Virus record (IMG/VR): IMGVR_UViG_3300027808_000128
Span: 1-27,573 of that record
Origin: a virus
Lineage: Duplodnaviria > Caudoviricetes
Direction: 5' to 3' (one strand)
DNA length: 27,573 nt
Shown: positions 1-9,600 of the stretch, one piece after another
Layout of the letters: the number at the start of each line of letters is the position of its first letter
How positions within the stretch are numbered: position 1 is the first letter of the stretch
Notes under the pieces: generated by a model
Seen by the model: only the letters and a program-made list of their open reading frames with translations
Told to the model about the DNA's origin: nothing
Databases searched by the model: none
Position numbers and translations under genes: made by a program

Positions 1-1
1 T

Positions 2-277
2 GACGACAGAGTCTGCGACGTCCAAGAGTATGCACCGAACGAAGAGATACCACTCACTGCCAAAGGCAGAGGCGGCACTGACTTCTGTCCCGCATTCGAC
101 TGGGTAGAGGAGAACGCACCAGATGCGCGTGTCATCATCTACTTGACAGATGGGTGGGGTTCATTCCCAGCCGAGCCTTCCATACCCACTGTCTGGATCT
201 CATGGGATCGGCCAGAGTCCAGCTATCCGTTCGGTCAAGTCCTCAAGTTGGACGACGCACTGAACACCTCTATCTAA
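2..277 (+). CDS. C-terminal part of a DUF2201-type VWA-like domain protein (5' end outside the window)
   Basis: Hand translation, not in the ORF track: ...PLTAKGRGGTDFCPAFDWVEE...VIIYLTDGWGSFP...PTVWI...YPFGQVLKL*. GxGGTDF and hhYhTDG are typical DUF2201/VWA C-terminal motifs. Confidence 0.8.
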   Translation, partial: DDRVCDVQEYAPNEEIPLTAKGRGGTDFCPAFDWVEENAPDARVIIYLTDGWGSFPAEPSIPTVWISWDRPESSYPFGQVLKLDDALNTSI

Positions 278-319
278 CAAACCAACAGGGGGAGCGCATC
301 TGATAACGCTCAATCTCAC

Positions 320-335
320 TGTCATATATATGACA
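320..335. promoter_or_regulatory. Perfect 16-bp palindrome TGTCATATATATGACA, possible operator
   Basis: Self-complementary, intergenic, 25 bp upstream of ATG 361. Function inferred only. Confidence 0.35.
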
Positions 336-360
336 ACCAACTGAAATACAAAACAAACAT

Positions 361-1350
361 ATGAAAACTATAGACGTAATCAAACAAGCCAACGAAAACT
401 CACCGCTCAAAGCGAAGTCCTCAATCCTCAGATGGGAGCCAGCTTCCCGCTCCCTACTGTTAAGACGTGACGGGCGGTGGCATCCCGTCGTTAGCCTATT
501 CGACGGAGTCCTCATTCAGTATATCCAAGCTGGAAATTCGGATGGTCTTAGTAGGTACGTCGATAGGAATGCGTTCAACGCCTTTGTAGATCAACAAGCG
601 CGTGCGCGCCTCCATCTCCTCATCCCACCACAACTACCGTATAGTGTAGAAGAGCGCACTCCGAGCTGCGTCGCGATGCTGCGCGGTATTATGGATAGCG
701 TAGCTCCGAAGGTTGGCAGCAATCTATATTGGCAATGGGCGTTCCAATACATGCTCGTCTCCTACTGCGCCACAGTAAGATCCGCTGCTACATCATTGGA
801 ATCGAAGCTTAACTCAATCATAACCGCACCCGCTTACTCGCAGCTTAGTTCAGCTCTGGCAGCATTGTCTGACACAGTATGTCGCGGCCGTGTCCTGAAC
901 TACGCCGAACATTGCCGCGCAGTTACATCGATTATGGATACGCTTAGGCAGAGTTTTTACAGTGCCAGCTCGATGCTCGGCGCGGCATACTCTGATGAGG
1001 ATGGCCTTAGATACAATCATCCAGTTATTAAAGCGAAGCTGGTGACTGTAGATGTGGCAGGCAACTGGGGGGTTAGTGATCGCGATCACAGATACGACTT
1101 GTCTATCCGCGTAGAGAACCCCGCAAAGCTTATGGATCACTGGCCAGATCTTGTCAGTGTCTTAGCATCTGTCGGAATTGAAGAGCCGACACCTTACGGC
1201 CTTACCTTCTCTCAAGATAACCTCGCGGCGATTGCGTCGCTCATCGACGTGGCCAAGCTCGACTATGCGGAACCGCAGAAGTGGCGGGACGCCGCGACTG
1301 GTGTCACCGCCCACGAATCAACTCCGGTATCCGCAATGGAGTTCGCATAA
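361..1350 (+). CDS. Hypothetical phage protein (329 aa)
   Basis: Long ORF with an A/C-rich leader (AAACAAACAT-ATG) like neighbouring genes. No motif recognised. Confidence 0.75.
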   Translation: MKTIDVIKQANENSPLKAKSSILRWEPASRSLLLRRDGRWHPVVSLFDGVLIQYIQAGNSDGLSRYVDRNAFNAFVDQQARARLHLLIPPQLPYSVEERTPSCVAMLRGIMDSVAPKVGSNLYWQWAFQYMLVSYCATVRSAATSLESKLNSIITAPAYSQLSSALAALSDTVCRGRVLNYAEHCRAVTSIMDTLRQSFYSASSMLGAAYSDEDGLRYNHPVIKAKLVTVDVAGNWGVSDRDHRYDLSIRVENPAKLMDHWPDLVSVLASVGIEEPTPYGLTFSQDNLAAIASLIDVAKLDYAEPQKWRDAATGVTAHESTPVSAMEFA

Positions 1351-1369
1351 CAATCTACCAAACAACAAT

Positions 1370-2119
1370 ATGAAAATGAAACATAAAGCACCGCTAATCA
1401 ATACTGGAAACTACAAGACCCGCAAGGGTGAAGCCATCGGCTACAAGACTATCGGACTGCATCTCGCGCCCGCTAACCTCAGTGGCTACAACGTGTGCAT
1501 CAAAGCCAGTGCTGGCTGTAAGGCAGCCTGTCTCAACACGGCAGGCCGTGGCGCTATGTCGTCCGTTCAGTCAGCGCGCATCGCCAAGACCCGCCTGTTC
1601 GTAGAGGATCAGCCGCAGTTCATGGCCCGCATGCACGCTGACATGCTCACTGCAATCAAAGCTGCGCGTCGTGCTGGCATGCTTCCAGTAGCCCGCTTGA
1701 ATCTCACAAGCGATCTGTCATGGGAGTCTATCCGCATCTGGAAAGATACTGGTGACAAGGCGACACTGATCTCCACCTTAAGTGACGTGCAGTTCTATGA
1801 CTACACCGCTGATGCTTCGCGCATGATGCGGTGGCTTGCTGGTGACATGCCACCCAACTACCACCTCACGTTCTCCCGCAAAGAGACCACGCCCGACCTA
1901 TTGGTGGACTCCATTGTCAAGTCTGGTGGCAATGTAGCCGTCGTCTTTGACAAGCTGCCGACCACATGGCGCGGACATAAAGTTATTGACGGCGACGAAA
2001 ATGATCTTAGATTCTTAGATCCAGTCGGCGTTATCGTCGGCTTGAAAACCAAAGGCAAAGCGAAGACTGATGATTCAGGATTCGTGATTCATTCAACGAA
2101 CAGACAACAAACAACATGA
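1370..2119 (+). CDS. GP88-like phage protein with a Cx6Cx3C motif (possibly radical-SAM-like Fe-S)
   Basis: Start moved from 1178 to ATG 1370, which avoids overlap and follows an AACAACAAT leader. Motifs LHLAPANLSGYNVCIKASAGCKAACLNTAGRG, RLNLTSD, QFYDYT, NYHLTFS and DGDENDLRFLDP..VIVGLK match this widespread phage family as I recall it. Confidence 0.7.
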   Translation: MKMKHKAPLINTGNYKTRKGEAIGYKTIGLHLAPANLSGYNVCIKASAGCKAACLNTAGRGAMSSVQSARIAKTRLFVEDQPQFMARMHADMLTAIKAARRAGMLPVARLNLTSDLSWESIRIWKDTGDKATLISTLSDVQFYDYTADASRMMRWLAGDMPPNYHLTFSRKETTPDLLVDSIVKSGGNVAVVFDKLPTTWRGHKVIDGDENDLRFLDPVGVIVGLKTKGKAKTDDSGFVIHSTNRQQTT

Positions 2120-2247
2120 AATACAAACTACGCTACTACTTAGGAAAGGTCTTCAAGTTTCTTGGCTTCTGCCGCGATTGCAGGGCGGCCTTATACTTCA
2201 CAAAATACGGTCAGGGCGTGTGCCCTAGATGCTCAAAGAGATACTGA
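2116..2247 (+). CDS. 43-aa Zn-ribbon microprotein
   Basis: ATGA overlap with the upstream stop. Translates MKYKLRYYLGKVFKFLGFCRDCRAALYFTKYGQGVCPRCSKRY*, with two CxxC pairs. Below the ORF-track cutoff. Confidence 0.65.
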   Translation: MKYKLRYYLGKVFKFLGFCRDCRAALYFTKYGQGVCPRCSKRY

Positions 2248-2270
2248 ACACCGATCAACTAACAAACAAC

Positions 2271-2441
2271 ATGAAAATAATACTACAAACTACCGACTCT
2301 GAATCTAAATACGCACGCTCCGCAGAGGTGCGTGTCGGGTACGACGATCTCAACATACACGAGGTGTGGGAGGACTTGATTGTTCCTGCGCTTCTAGCAT
2401 ACGGGTTCGCACGAGAATCAATCGACAAGATTAACGGATAA
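2271..2441 (+). CDS. Small hypothetical phage protein (56 aa)
   Basis: ATG 2271 follows an AACAAACAAC leader and is preferred over 2229. Confidence 0.6.
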   Translation: MKIILQTTDSESKYARSAEVRVGYDDLNIHEVWEDLIVPALLAYGFARESIDKING

Positions 2442-2480
2442 CGGATAACGAATAACGAATAACGAATAACGAATAAAGAA
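2432..2480 (+). repeat. 7-bp tandem repeat (TAACGRA) x7
   Basis: TAACGGA x2, TAACGAA x4, TAAAGAA x1, ending 6 bp before ATG 2487. Confidence 0.9.
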
Positions 2481-2486
2481 TAGATT

Positions 2487-2879
2487 ATGAACACACCAAC
2501 CAACTCCGAGGCGTTGCCTCTCACGAATTGTTCGGCTCTTGTTGTCCACTGCGTTAGTAGTCTGTCGCACGATGTGTATATCGGCAGACCATCAAAATGG
2601 GGGAACCCGTTTGAGATCGGGAAAGACGGCAACAGAGAAGCAGTAATACAGAAATACCGTGAATGGGTAGTGACCCAACCTGATCTTATGGCTGCTCTGC
2701 CTGAGTTGCGCGGGAAGGTGCTGGGATGCTGGTGCGCTCCTAAATCGTGTCACGGCGACGTGCTTGCCTCTCTCGCCAACCACCAACACGACGTAACCGA
2801 TGAGATCGTGGATGCCGTAGAAAACGATGTCGGGCTGGAATCTTGCAACGCCGTAACGCCGACCGACTTCGGGATGTAA
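2487..2879 (+). CDS. DUF4326 domain protein
   Basis: VVHC...DVYIGRPSKWGNPFEIGKDG.R..VI.KYR.W...LPELRGKVLGCWCAPKSCHGDVL is the DUF4326 signature. Confidence 0.85.
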   Translation: MNTPTNSEALPLTNCSALVVHCVSSLSHDVYIGRPSKWGNPFEIGKDGNREAVIQKYREWVVTQPDLMAALPELRGKVLGCWCAPKSCHGDVLASLANHQHDVTDEIVDAVENDVGLESCNAVTPTDFGM

Positions 2880-2898
2880 TTCTGAACAACCAAAAACC

Positions 2899-2949
2899 AT
2901 GACAACACCAAATGATCCTAAAGGCGCAATCGGCGCTACGAAAACATAA
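2899..2949 (+). pseudogene. 16-codon 5' remnant of a DUF5664-type gene
   Basis: MTTPNDPKGAIGATKT* compares with NDPKGTVGATKT in the gene at 20008. 2911-2946 and 20059-20094 are identical at 31/36 nt. Confidence 0.7.
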
Positions 2950-2983
2950 CCAGTAGATATCAACTATAAAGCAAACAAACATT

Positions 2984-3250
2984 ATGCAAACAGACAGTCC
3001 CACATCAATAACACTAGACATCAACGGAAATGATGTATCCATCAAATCCAAACAGGAAGGCGGTCGCTGGGCAGTGATCGCTTTCACCCCATCCTGCTCT
3101 TTGCGCAGCAACAAGACGCACCGACCCCACCTACTTGACATGTTCTGTGAGGCCGTATTAGCGGGCTGTGACTCGGATAGCGATGGAGACTTGGACATGA
3201 TTCGGAAAGGCGTACTTATGATAACGCCAAACATAACAAGTGGGCAGTGA
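2984..3250 (+). CDS. Hypothetical protein (88 aa)
   Basis: AAACAAACATT leader; GTGA overlap with the next ORF. Confidence 0.55.
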   Translation: MQTDSPTSITLDINGNDVSIKSKQEGGRWAVIAFTPSCSLRSNKTHRPHLLDMFCEAVLAGCDSDSDGDLDMIRKGVLMITPNITSGQ

Positions 3251-3585
3251 AGCCGGACTTGTATTCGGACGATCCCAAGTTCCATGAACTGATCGCCCAT
3301 GAGTTGTTCCACGTGGTCTCTGCAAGATACAGGATACCTTATCATGTTCTCGATTCCAAGAAGAGATCGCGTGGCGCTGTCGCATGCCGCGACGTTGCTT
3401 ATCAAACCGCTGTGTCGCTGTTCCTATTAGATCTCAAGCAGGCCGCGCGAGCCTTCGGAGTTAGTCCAGCCACTATCTTAACGAGCACACAGCGCACGTT
3501 GGACAACTGGAATCCCGACGCATCTAGTAAGGTGCTTGTTGAAGTGTTCAAGGCGGTCGTCTTGAAGCTGGGATTAAAAGAGTGA
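3247..3585 (+). CDS. DnaA domain-IV-like HTH protein (divergent)
   Basis: VSARYRIPYHVLDSKKRSRGAVACRDVAYQ...LKQAARAFGVSPATIL parallels the DnaA C-terminal pattern and the protein at 19203. Confidence 0.55.
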   Translation: MKPDLYSDDPKFHELIAHELFHVVSARYRIPYHVLDSKKRSRGAVACRDVAYQTAVSLFLLDLKQAARAFGVSPATILTSTQRTLDNWNPDASSKVLVEVFKAVVLKLGLKE

Positions 3586-3604
3586 GCAGTTTAGAGTGGG
3601 CAGT

Positions 3605-6600
3605 TTATTTAGTGTCGAACTTAATAAACTGCTCCTCCTTATTAAACTCGTCGTTTAAGATCTTCAACCTACGGTAGCCCTCGTCGCCAAGGTTATTGAC
3701 AACCCTTTCGGCGAGTTCTTTATTGATGACTGGTCGCTCGGTATATCCGTTAAATATCAGATTAATATTTTTCGGCCCATAACCCTTCTCCTTCAGAATG
3801 CTCGCTGCTTCATTGATGGACAGGTCGCCGTGTTTGCTAGTGACGAGTCCTCTGGTAGTCTTGAATACATCTCGACTAATCTCAATCTTATTGGCTGTAT
3901 GTTCGCGGGCTAGCTCTTTAATTTCTTCATCGGATATCGGACGCTTACTTCTGAGAATATTCAAACTCGCTCTATTGGCTCTCAGCTCGGTGCTCGCGTT
4001 GGCAACCAGCTTCGTATACTGCGCTACCGTATCTACTGGGAAAGATCTAACGGGCGAACCCTCACCTATTACTATTGAAAGCGCCGAATACTGGTCGTCT
4101 ATTACGGGCGCTTGAGTCGCTTTATACGCATCAATCGCTTTCTCAAGAATGCGTGGGTTGTAAGATTTATCAAGAACATATGCGATTCCTTTCCCAAGTA
4201 TCCCTAAACCGTCCTTCTCACCGTAGATTTTCTGACCTGTTTTAGAGTCTCTATTGTAACTAGCATCAAAAATAGCGCCAGCAAGTATCTGTTGATCTCC
4301 GTATGTGCCCCAAATAGAACTTAATACGGCCATAGCAGCGCCGGATATGTCGCCGCGCCGCGCTTTCTCAAGCCCGCGCAGTATCGGATCGACCCCCAAT
4401 GCGAATGGATTGACGAATGTTAGATCCACAGATCGTAATTTACCACCCAATGTGAAGTAAAGGATCGAGTTGTCCTGCATGAAAGACGGGAGGGCGCGCC
4501 GCCGCACTTCCTCTTCTTCATCTCCGATATCAAAAATCTGTTGGGCTATTGCACCAAGCCCACCTGAAATAAGTGTTAGCACCGCAGTCATACCAATCAT
4601 TCGTTTTGCACCGCGTGCGGCCATTACTGGGTTGCCAGACTTCATCTCAGCAACGCCTTCTTTGTATGTGTTCCATATGATTCGGGGCACTTCAATTTTG
4701 AATCTTAGGAACGGAGATACCAAAACTCCAGGCCCTCTAACAAATTCTTTTACGATGGGCGGTGCTTCTGAGTAGCTCTGAGCAGTCGCAAGAACCTTTC
4801 GAGCAGCTTCTCGCTTCATCTCATAATCACTTAGGCGGCTATAGTAACTATCGTTTCCAGCATCGATGTCTGCTTGTCTCGCTCTTTCAAGAGTAGCAAG
4901 CTCATGCTTGAAATAAGCTATTTTGTAGAAGCCGTCAACGGCGCCAGATAATGCTTGAAGTCTAGACATGAGCGGGCCTACTGCTTTAGATCCTGCATCT
5001 TTAATGGCCTTCAACTTGTCTGCGATATCTTTCATATCGTTCTCCATCTTACCGACAGAAATCTTTCCGCTGAGTATATCCTTCAGGAGACCTGTCGTTA
5101 TCTCGTTGTTTAGAATGCCGAAGGCGGCAAGCTCAGCTTGTAGCTCATTGATAGCGTTCGGGTCTTTACGGAGGTTGAGGAGGTTTCCAACCAATCCCAA
5201 CTCTTTGCCCATATCAAATACGTTGATAAAGCCTTGTGACGGGCCGAAGAATATCATGTTGCTAACAATGTTACGTAAGTAGAATCCAACAGAGAATAAT
5301 GTTTTTGCTCCGAGCGATAGGCCCGTCAGTGTTGAAGCCAGCCATTGCATGTTCTCGATGGCCCTCTTTGCCTTCGTCTTATTCTCACTATCAAACTGAG
5401 GTGCATAGGCGTTACGCATGCCGTCAATCAGTTCTTTAGGTCCGTAGTAATGGTATGTGGGGTCATACTGGCCATCAAGATCTTTGGGTATTGTATCTTC
5501 GGCGTCTCCAATAAAGGCGCGACCCGTTCTAAGGTTAACGAAGTCGCCCGCAATAAAGGCTGGGTCGTTGCGCATTTTCTCATTTAACTCATCCCGCGTC
5601 ATGAGGAACCCGACCATTTCCTTCTTACCATCCAAATTAACCTGCTCTACCATTGAACCAATAGAGATCAGGTTGTTGTAGAACGATTGGCGCGAAGCCA
5701 TCGATGTTACAACGGCGAAGGTTCGGAACATGTTGTTGATCGCCTCCTCTGGTTTGTCGTATTCTCCAAGTAGTTCGCGGACGGCTGGATCTAAGTTACC
5801 TTTGTTCTTAAGGTTATCGATCAGCGACTTGGTCACGCCGCCTTCCAGTGGCCTGCGCTTACGATAATCCTTCTCATAGGATCTTAGGAACTGAGCCATG
5901 AAGTTTGCTACCGCCGATGGATCTTCATCTACTTGGTCTTCAGCCTTTTGCTTAGCTTCCTCCTTTGTAAGCTCCTTCTTGGTTTTGGTAGAGTCTTTGT
6001 CAGCGTCTATCTTGGATTTCTTTTTAAGAGTCGATGCGAGTTTGGCGACGTAACGCGCGCGGAAATACGGCGTGGCGTTGTTGCGGATCTCAACGAATTT
6101 TTCATCACTCGATGTGAGAACTTTGTCTATGTAACCCTCTTCGTTGAATGCTCTGTAAGCGCGTGTCAGATAGATTCCCATGTTCGAATCGAACTTGATC
6201 TGCATACTCTCTGAAAGAGCGTATGTGTCCTTTAGCTTTCTGGAGAACCCGTCGATCACCGAGCGGAACTCGGTTATAGTGTCGGCTAGTTCCGGATAGT
6301 CTTCGCGGATACGGCCCAGAGCAGCACTCTGCTTGCGTCGGACTTCCTCACGGGCGACATCGCGCAAAGCTTCGATTTGGTCCTTAACCATTCTCTTTCG
6401 CATCTCAGATGTTGCTTCTACAGAAATATATTTTGGGTCGAGTGTTCCTTCTTTGACCCTTCTCTTGCGTTCTTTCAAGGCTGACAGATAGGACTGCGAT
6501 AGTCTGAGTCTGGTCTCTTTATCAACCGTAAGCAGCTCGGTGCTTCCCGCTGCATCTGCAAGATCGTTCGGATCTACCGCTCCATCCGTTTCGTCGAGCA

Positions 6601-9600
6601 GCCTAGCCAGCTTCGACATGTAATTCTTAGCGATAGCCTCTACGGCATTCTCAAAAAATATCTGCTGCTTCTTCAAGCGGGTTACACGCGGATCAAGCTC
6701 GCCTTTGAACAAGCTTACTATGCCTGAGAACCCTTTGTAGTTCCCTTTTACATACTGTGAAACTGGCAGATCGATGGAATCAATCACGCTCTGGAAGCGG
6801 TTAGCTACTTCTTCATCTGTCGTTTCATCTGTGATATCCACGCTAGTCGCAGCGAACTGGCGGCGAAGAACTTCAAAGCCAGCCAGTGGCGTACGTGGGT
6901 CGAACGCATTATGGCCGTCAACCGAATAAGAACCAGCATGCAGGTAGCGCAACTCATTCGACATGAGGTGAATAATCGCTGCGAGTTCTGGGTTGTTCTT
7001 GTTGAGATTGTAACGAGCGTATGTCCGTCTGAATACTCCACGGAGGTAGCGCAACGCGATCTGCATCAGGTTCGGGCTGCCCTCAAAGAAAGCGATGTCC
7101 TCCTCTGTGGTGGAGCCGCGAGCGACCCGTTGATGATACATGCGCAGATACTCGCCTATCATCTGGCGTTTGACGTCCGCCGCGTCCGGCCCGCGAATGC
7201 CATCCTTCAAAGAAGCGCGGAGTTCAGGGTCGGATGTGTAGTCGTCGATGATGCCGTCGAACTCTTGGTCAAGAGTCTCGTCAACCAGCGCGTTGATCTT
7301 CTCGATTGGAACAGCGTTGAACTCAGCTACGTGAGTAAGCTCTTCATTGATGTATGTTTCGAGTAACGCCTTAGCCATGTTGGCGTCTTCGATCACCGAG
7401 CTGCGAGACAGCAACCTATTGCGCATGTTGGCTCTATTGATAAATATCGCGGACTGCTCCGTGCCATCTGTATTGCGGATGATCGTGGCGACGATAGCCT
7501 CGTTTGGTCGCCCATCGAATGTGCCACTATCATCAGCTTCTTGTTGAGTATTAAATACTGATACCGCTACATCGGCTGGGATCAACGAACGCACTGCCTG
7601 ATCGATCAGATAGTCAATCATCCGCTGTTGTTGAGCGGTTCCGAGTTCACCGTCAACGAGTGGCTCCAAGCTGGAGAACTGAGTGAGATCGATCTCAGCA
7701 GCGGGTTTTGCTGCATCTCTAATTGATTTTGGAATCGGGGAGAACTTACGCCCTTCGTCGATTGTCTCAGCTGCCGCGCGATCCATCCGAGCTTCAATCG
7801 AAGTGGATGCCGGATCGATGTTGCCGATTGTGGTGAAGTCGATAAGGTCTGCAAACGCAGAGTCAAAGGCTTTGTTCAAGCGGACTCCAAACAGATCCTT
7901 GATCGCGTCAATGATACGGGTGAAGAAGTTCCTGCGACTACCAGCATCTCTGGTTACTTTGAGCGTGTTCTGGAAATCGCTGGACGTGAAGAACGTGGCG
8001 ATGAACTCTTCGATGTTCTGAGTGCCCGACTCAAACAGTAGGCTTGCGCGCCCACCATCAGCAAGCTGCTTGTCATATGCGCGGCGTGAGATTTCAAGCA
8101 AACCATTGAGGCGCTTCTTAGCCGTGCGCTGAGAATCCGTGAGTTCGGATTCAGGCTTGGTGGTGAGGTCAACAGTAGCTGCGTGGAGATACTCATGAAG
8201 CAGGACGGACTCGATGCCCATTCCGTAGTATCCTGTCATATTTATGACAACGTGTCCGATACCATCGGAACCGACGCTGAACTCGCCTGCCTTATTGTTG
8301 TCGATGTTGGCGATGGTGAACTTGGTTTTGTTAATCAGATCAGGATTCTTGAGCAAGAACTGGGCGACAGCGCGGTGCTGCTTGTTCTTGCTGCTCTTCA
8401 TGATCTCCTTCATAGCTGCGGCTACAGAGTTCGGGTTACCGGATTCAAGGTTCAGGCGCTTGATTTCTTTCTCGTTCTTGACGCGGAAGAAATTACGGTG
8501 CTTTGAGTTGATGAACGACGGTGCATCAAAGCGGTGGATTTTCTCTGCCAGAGATTTGTGTAAACTCTTCGCTTCAGATTCCGTGATATTTAGTTTTTCC
8601 GCGAGCAATGTCGGAACAGATTTCTGTGTGAGTAGTGTGGTCTCTAATTCTGAGAAGCCAAGTCTACGTAACGTGTCGCGTTGTTTCTTATCAGCGACCC
8701 TCTTGAAGTCGTATTTGTAAACGCCGTAGGCTTCGAAAGCCCTGCTGATAAGAGCCGTCGATTTATTCGTAGCTTGAAAGCGGTCGAGAAACTGACGGCG
8801 GAATCGGTAAGAATCCGTTTGGGAATGGCTTTTAGATACTGCCCATAGGGCGATAGCTCTAAATAATTTTTCTGGTTTCAGGCTTTCGGCAAGAGCTGGG
8901 CTGTCTTTATGGACGGTGTCCTTAGCGAGTGCTCGCAGGGCTAGCTGAACGTCTCTGTCGGAGTCGAACAGCTCGTATGCGGGCTTCAAAAAGAGCTTCG
9001 GCATCGCTGCTGCAGCTTCACTAGCCGCTAGTTTATCAAAGATGTATGGGAGTGTAGACTCGCCTGTGGTATACATTTGCCCAAACTCGGACTCTTTCAC
9101 AGCCTCAATAGCGCCCGAACGCTTTTTAGGGTCGAGCGCGAAGACGTCTTCAGTGGCTTTCTCCTCAAGGGCATACTGGACTCGTTTGAGGGCGCGTGTA
9201 CCTACTCGAGACGCAATAGCTTTTATGTTGGGGAACAAACCGTTTTCATCTGGACGCGCAATATCATCATTGATAATACCGTCGATATAAGAATCGAGGA
9301 CTCTGTTCTCCCAATCGGCGGTAAGCTTCTTCGTCTTGTTCTTCTCGCCTTCTTTTAGGATTGGTTTGCGCTGGCCTTTCTTAAAGCCAAACGTATAGAT
9401 GAAGGCGGCTTTGCGGTTTGTTTCTTCCGTGATTGGGAGATCGGTTTTAGCACCCGTAAAGTCAGCGGGAACTTTGATACGTTCTAGTAAGGCGTTACGC
9501 GCTTCTTGCTCAGCCCCAGCTTTGATCGAAAAGAGACCGTCCACCACCTCTATTGCTCCCGCTCTCTGGAGGCTCTGGAATAGCTCTCCAAATAAAAGAG

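Noticed and set aside
1178-1369. N-terminal extension of the GP88-like ORF
   Set aside because: Overlaps the upstream gene; a better start exists at 1370.
2432-2480. Short repeats as a CRISPR-like array
   Set aside because: Contiguous 7-mers with no spacers.
2740-3405. 221-aa minus-strand ORF
   Set aside because: Antisense to a coupled + strand gene run; no motifs.
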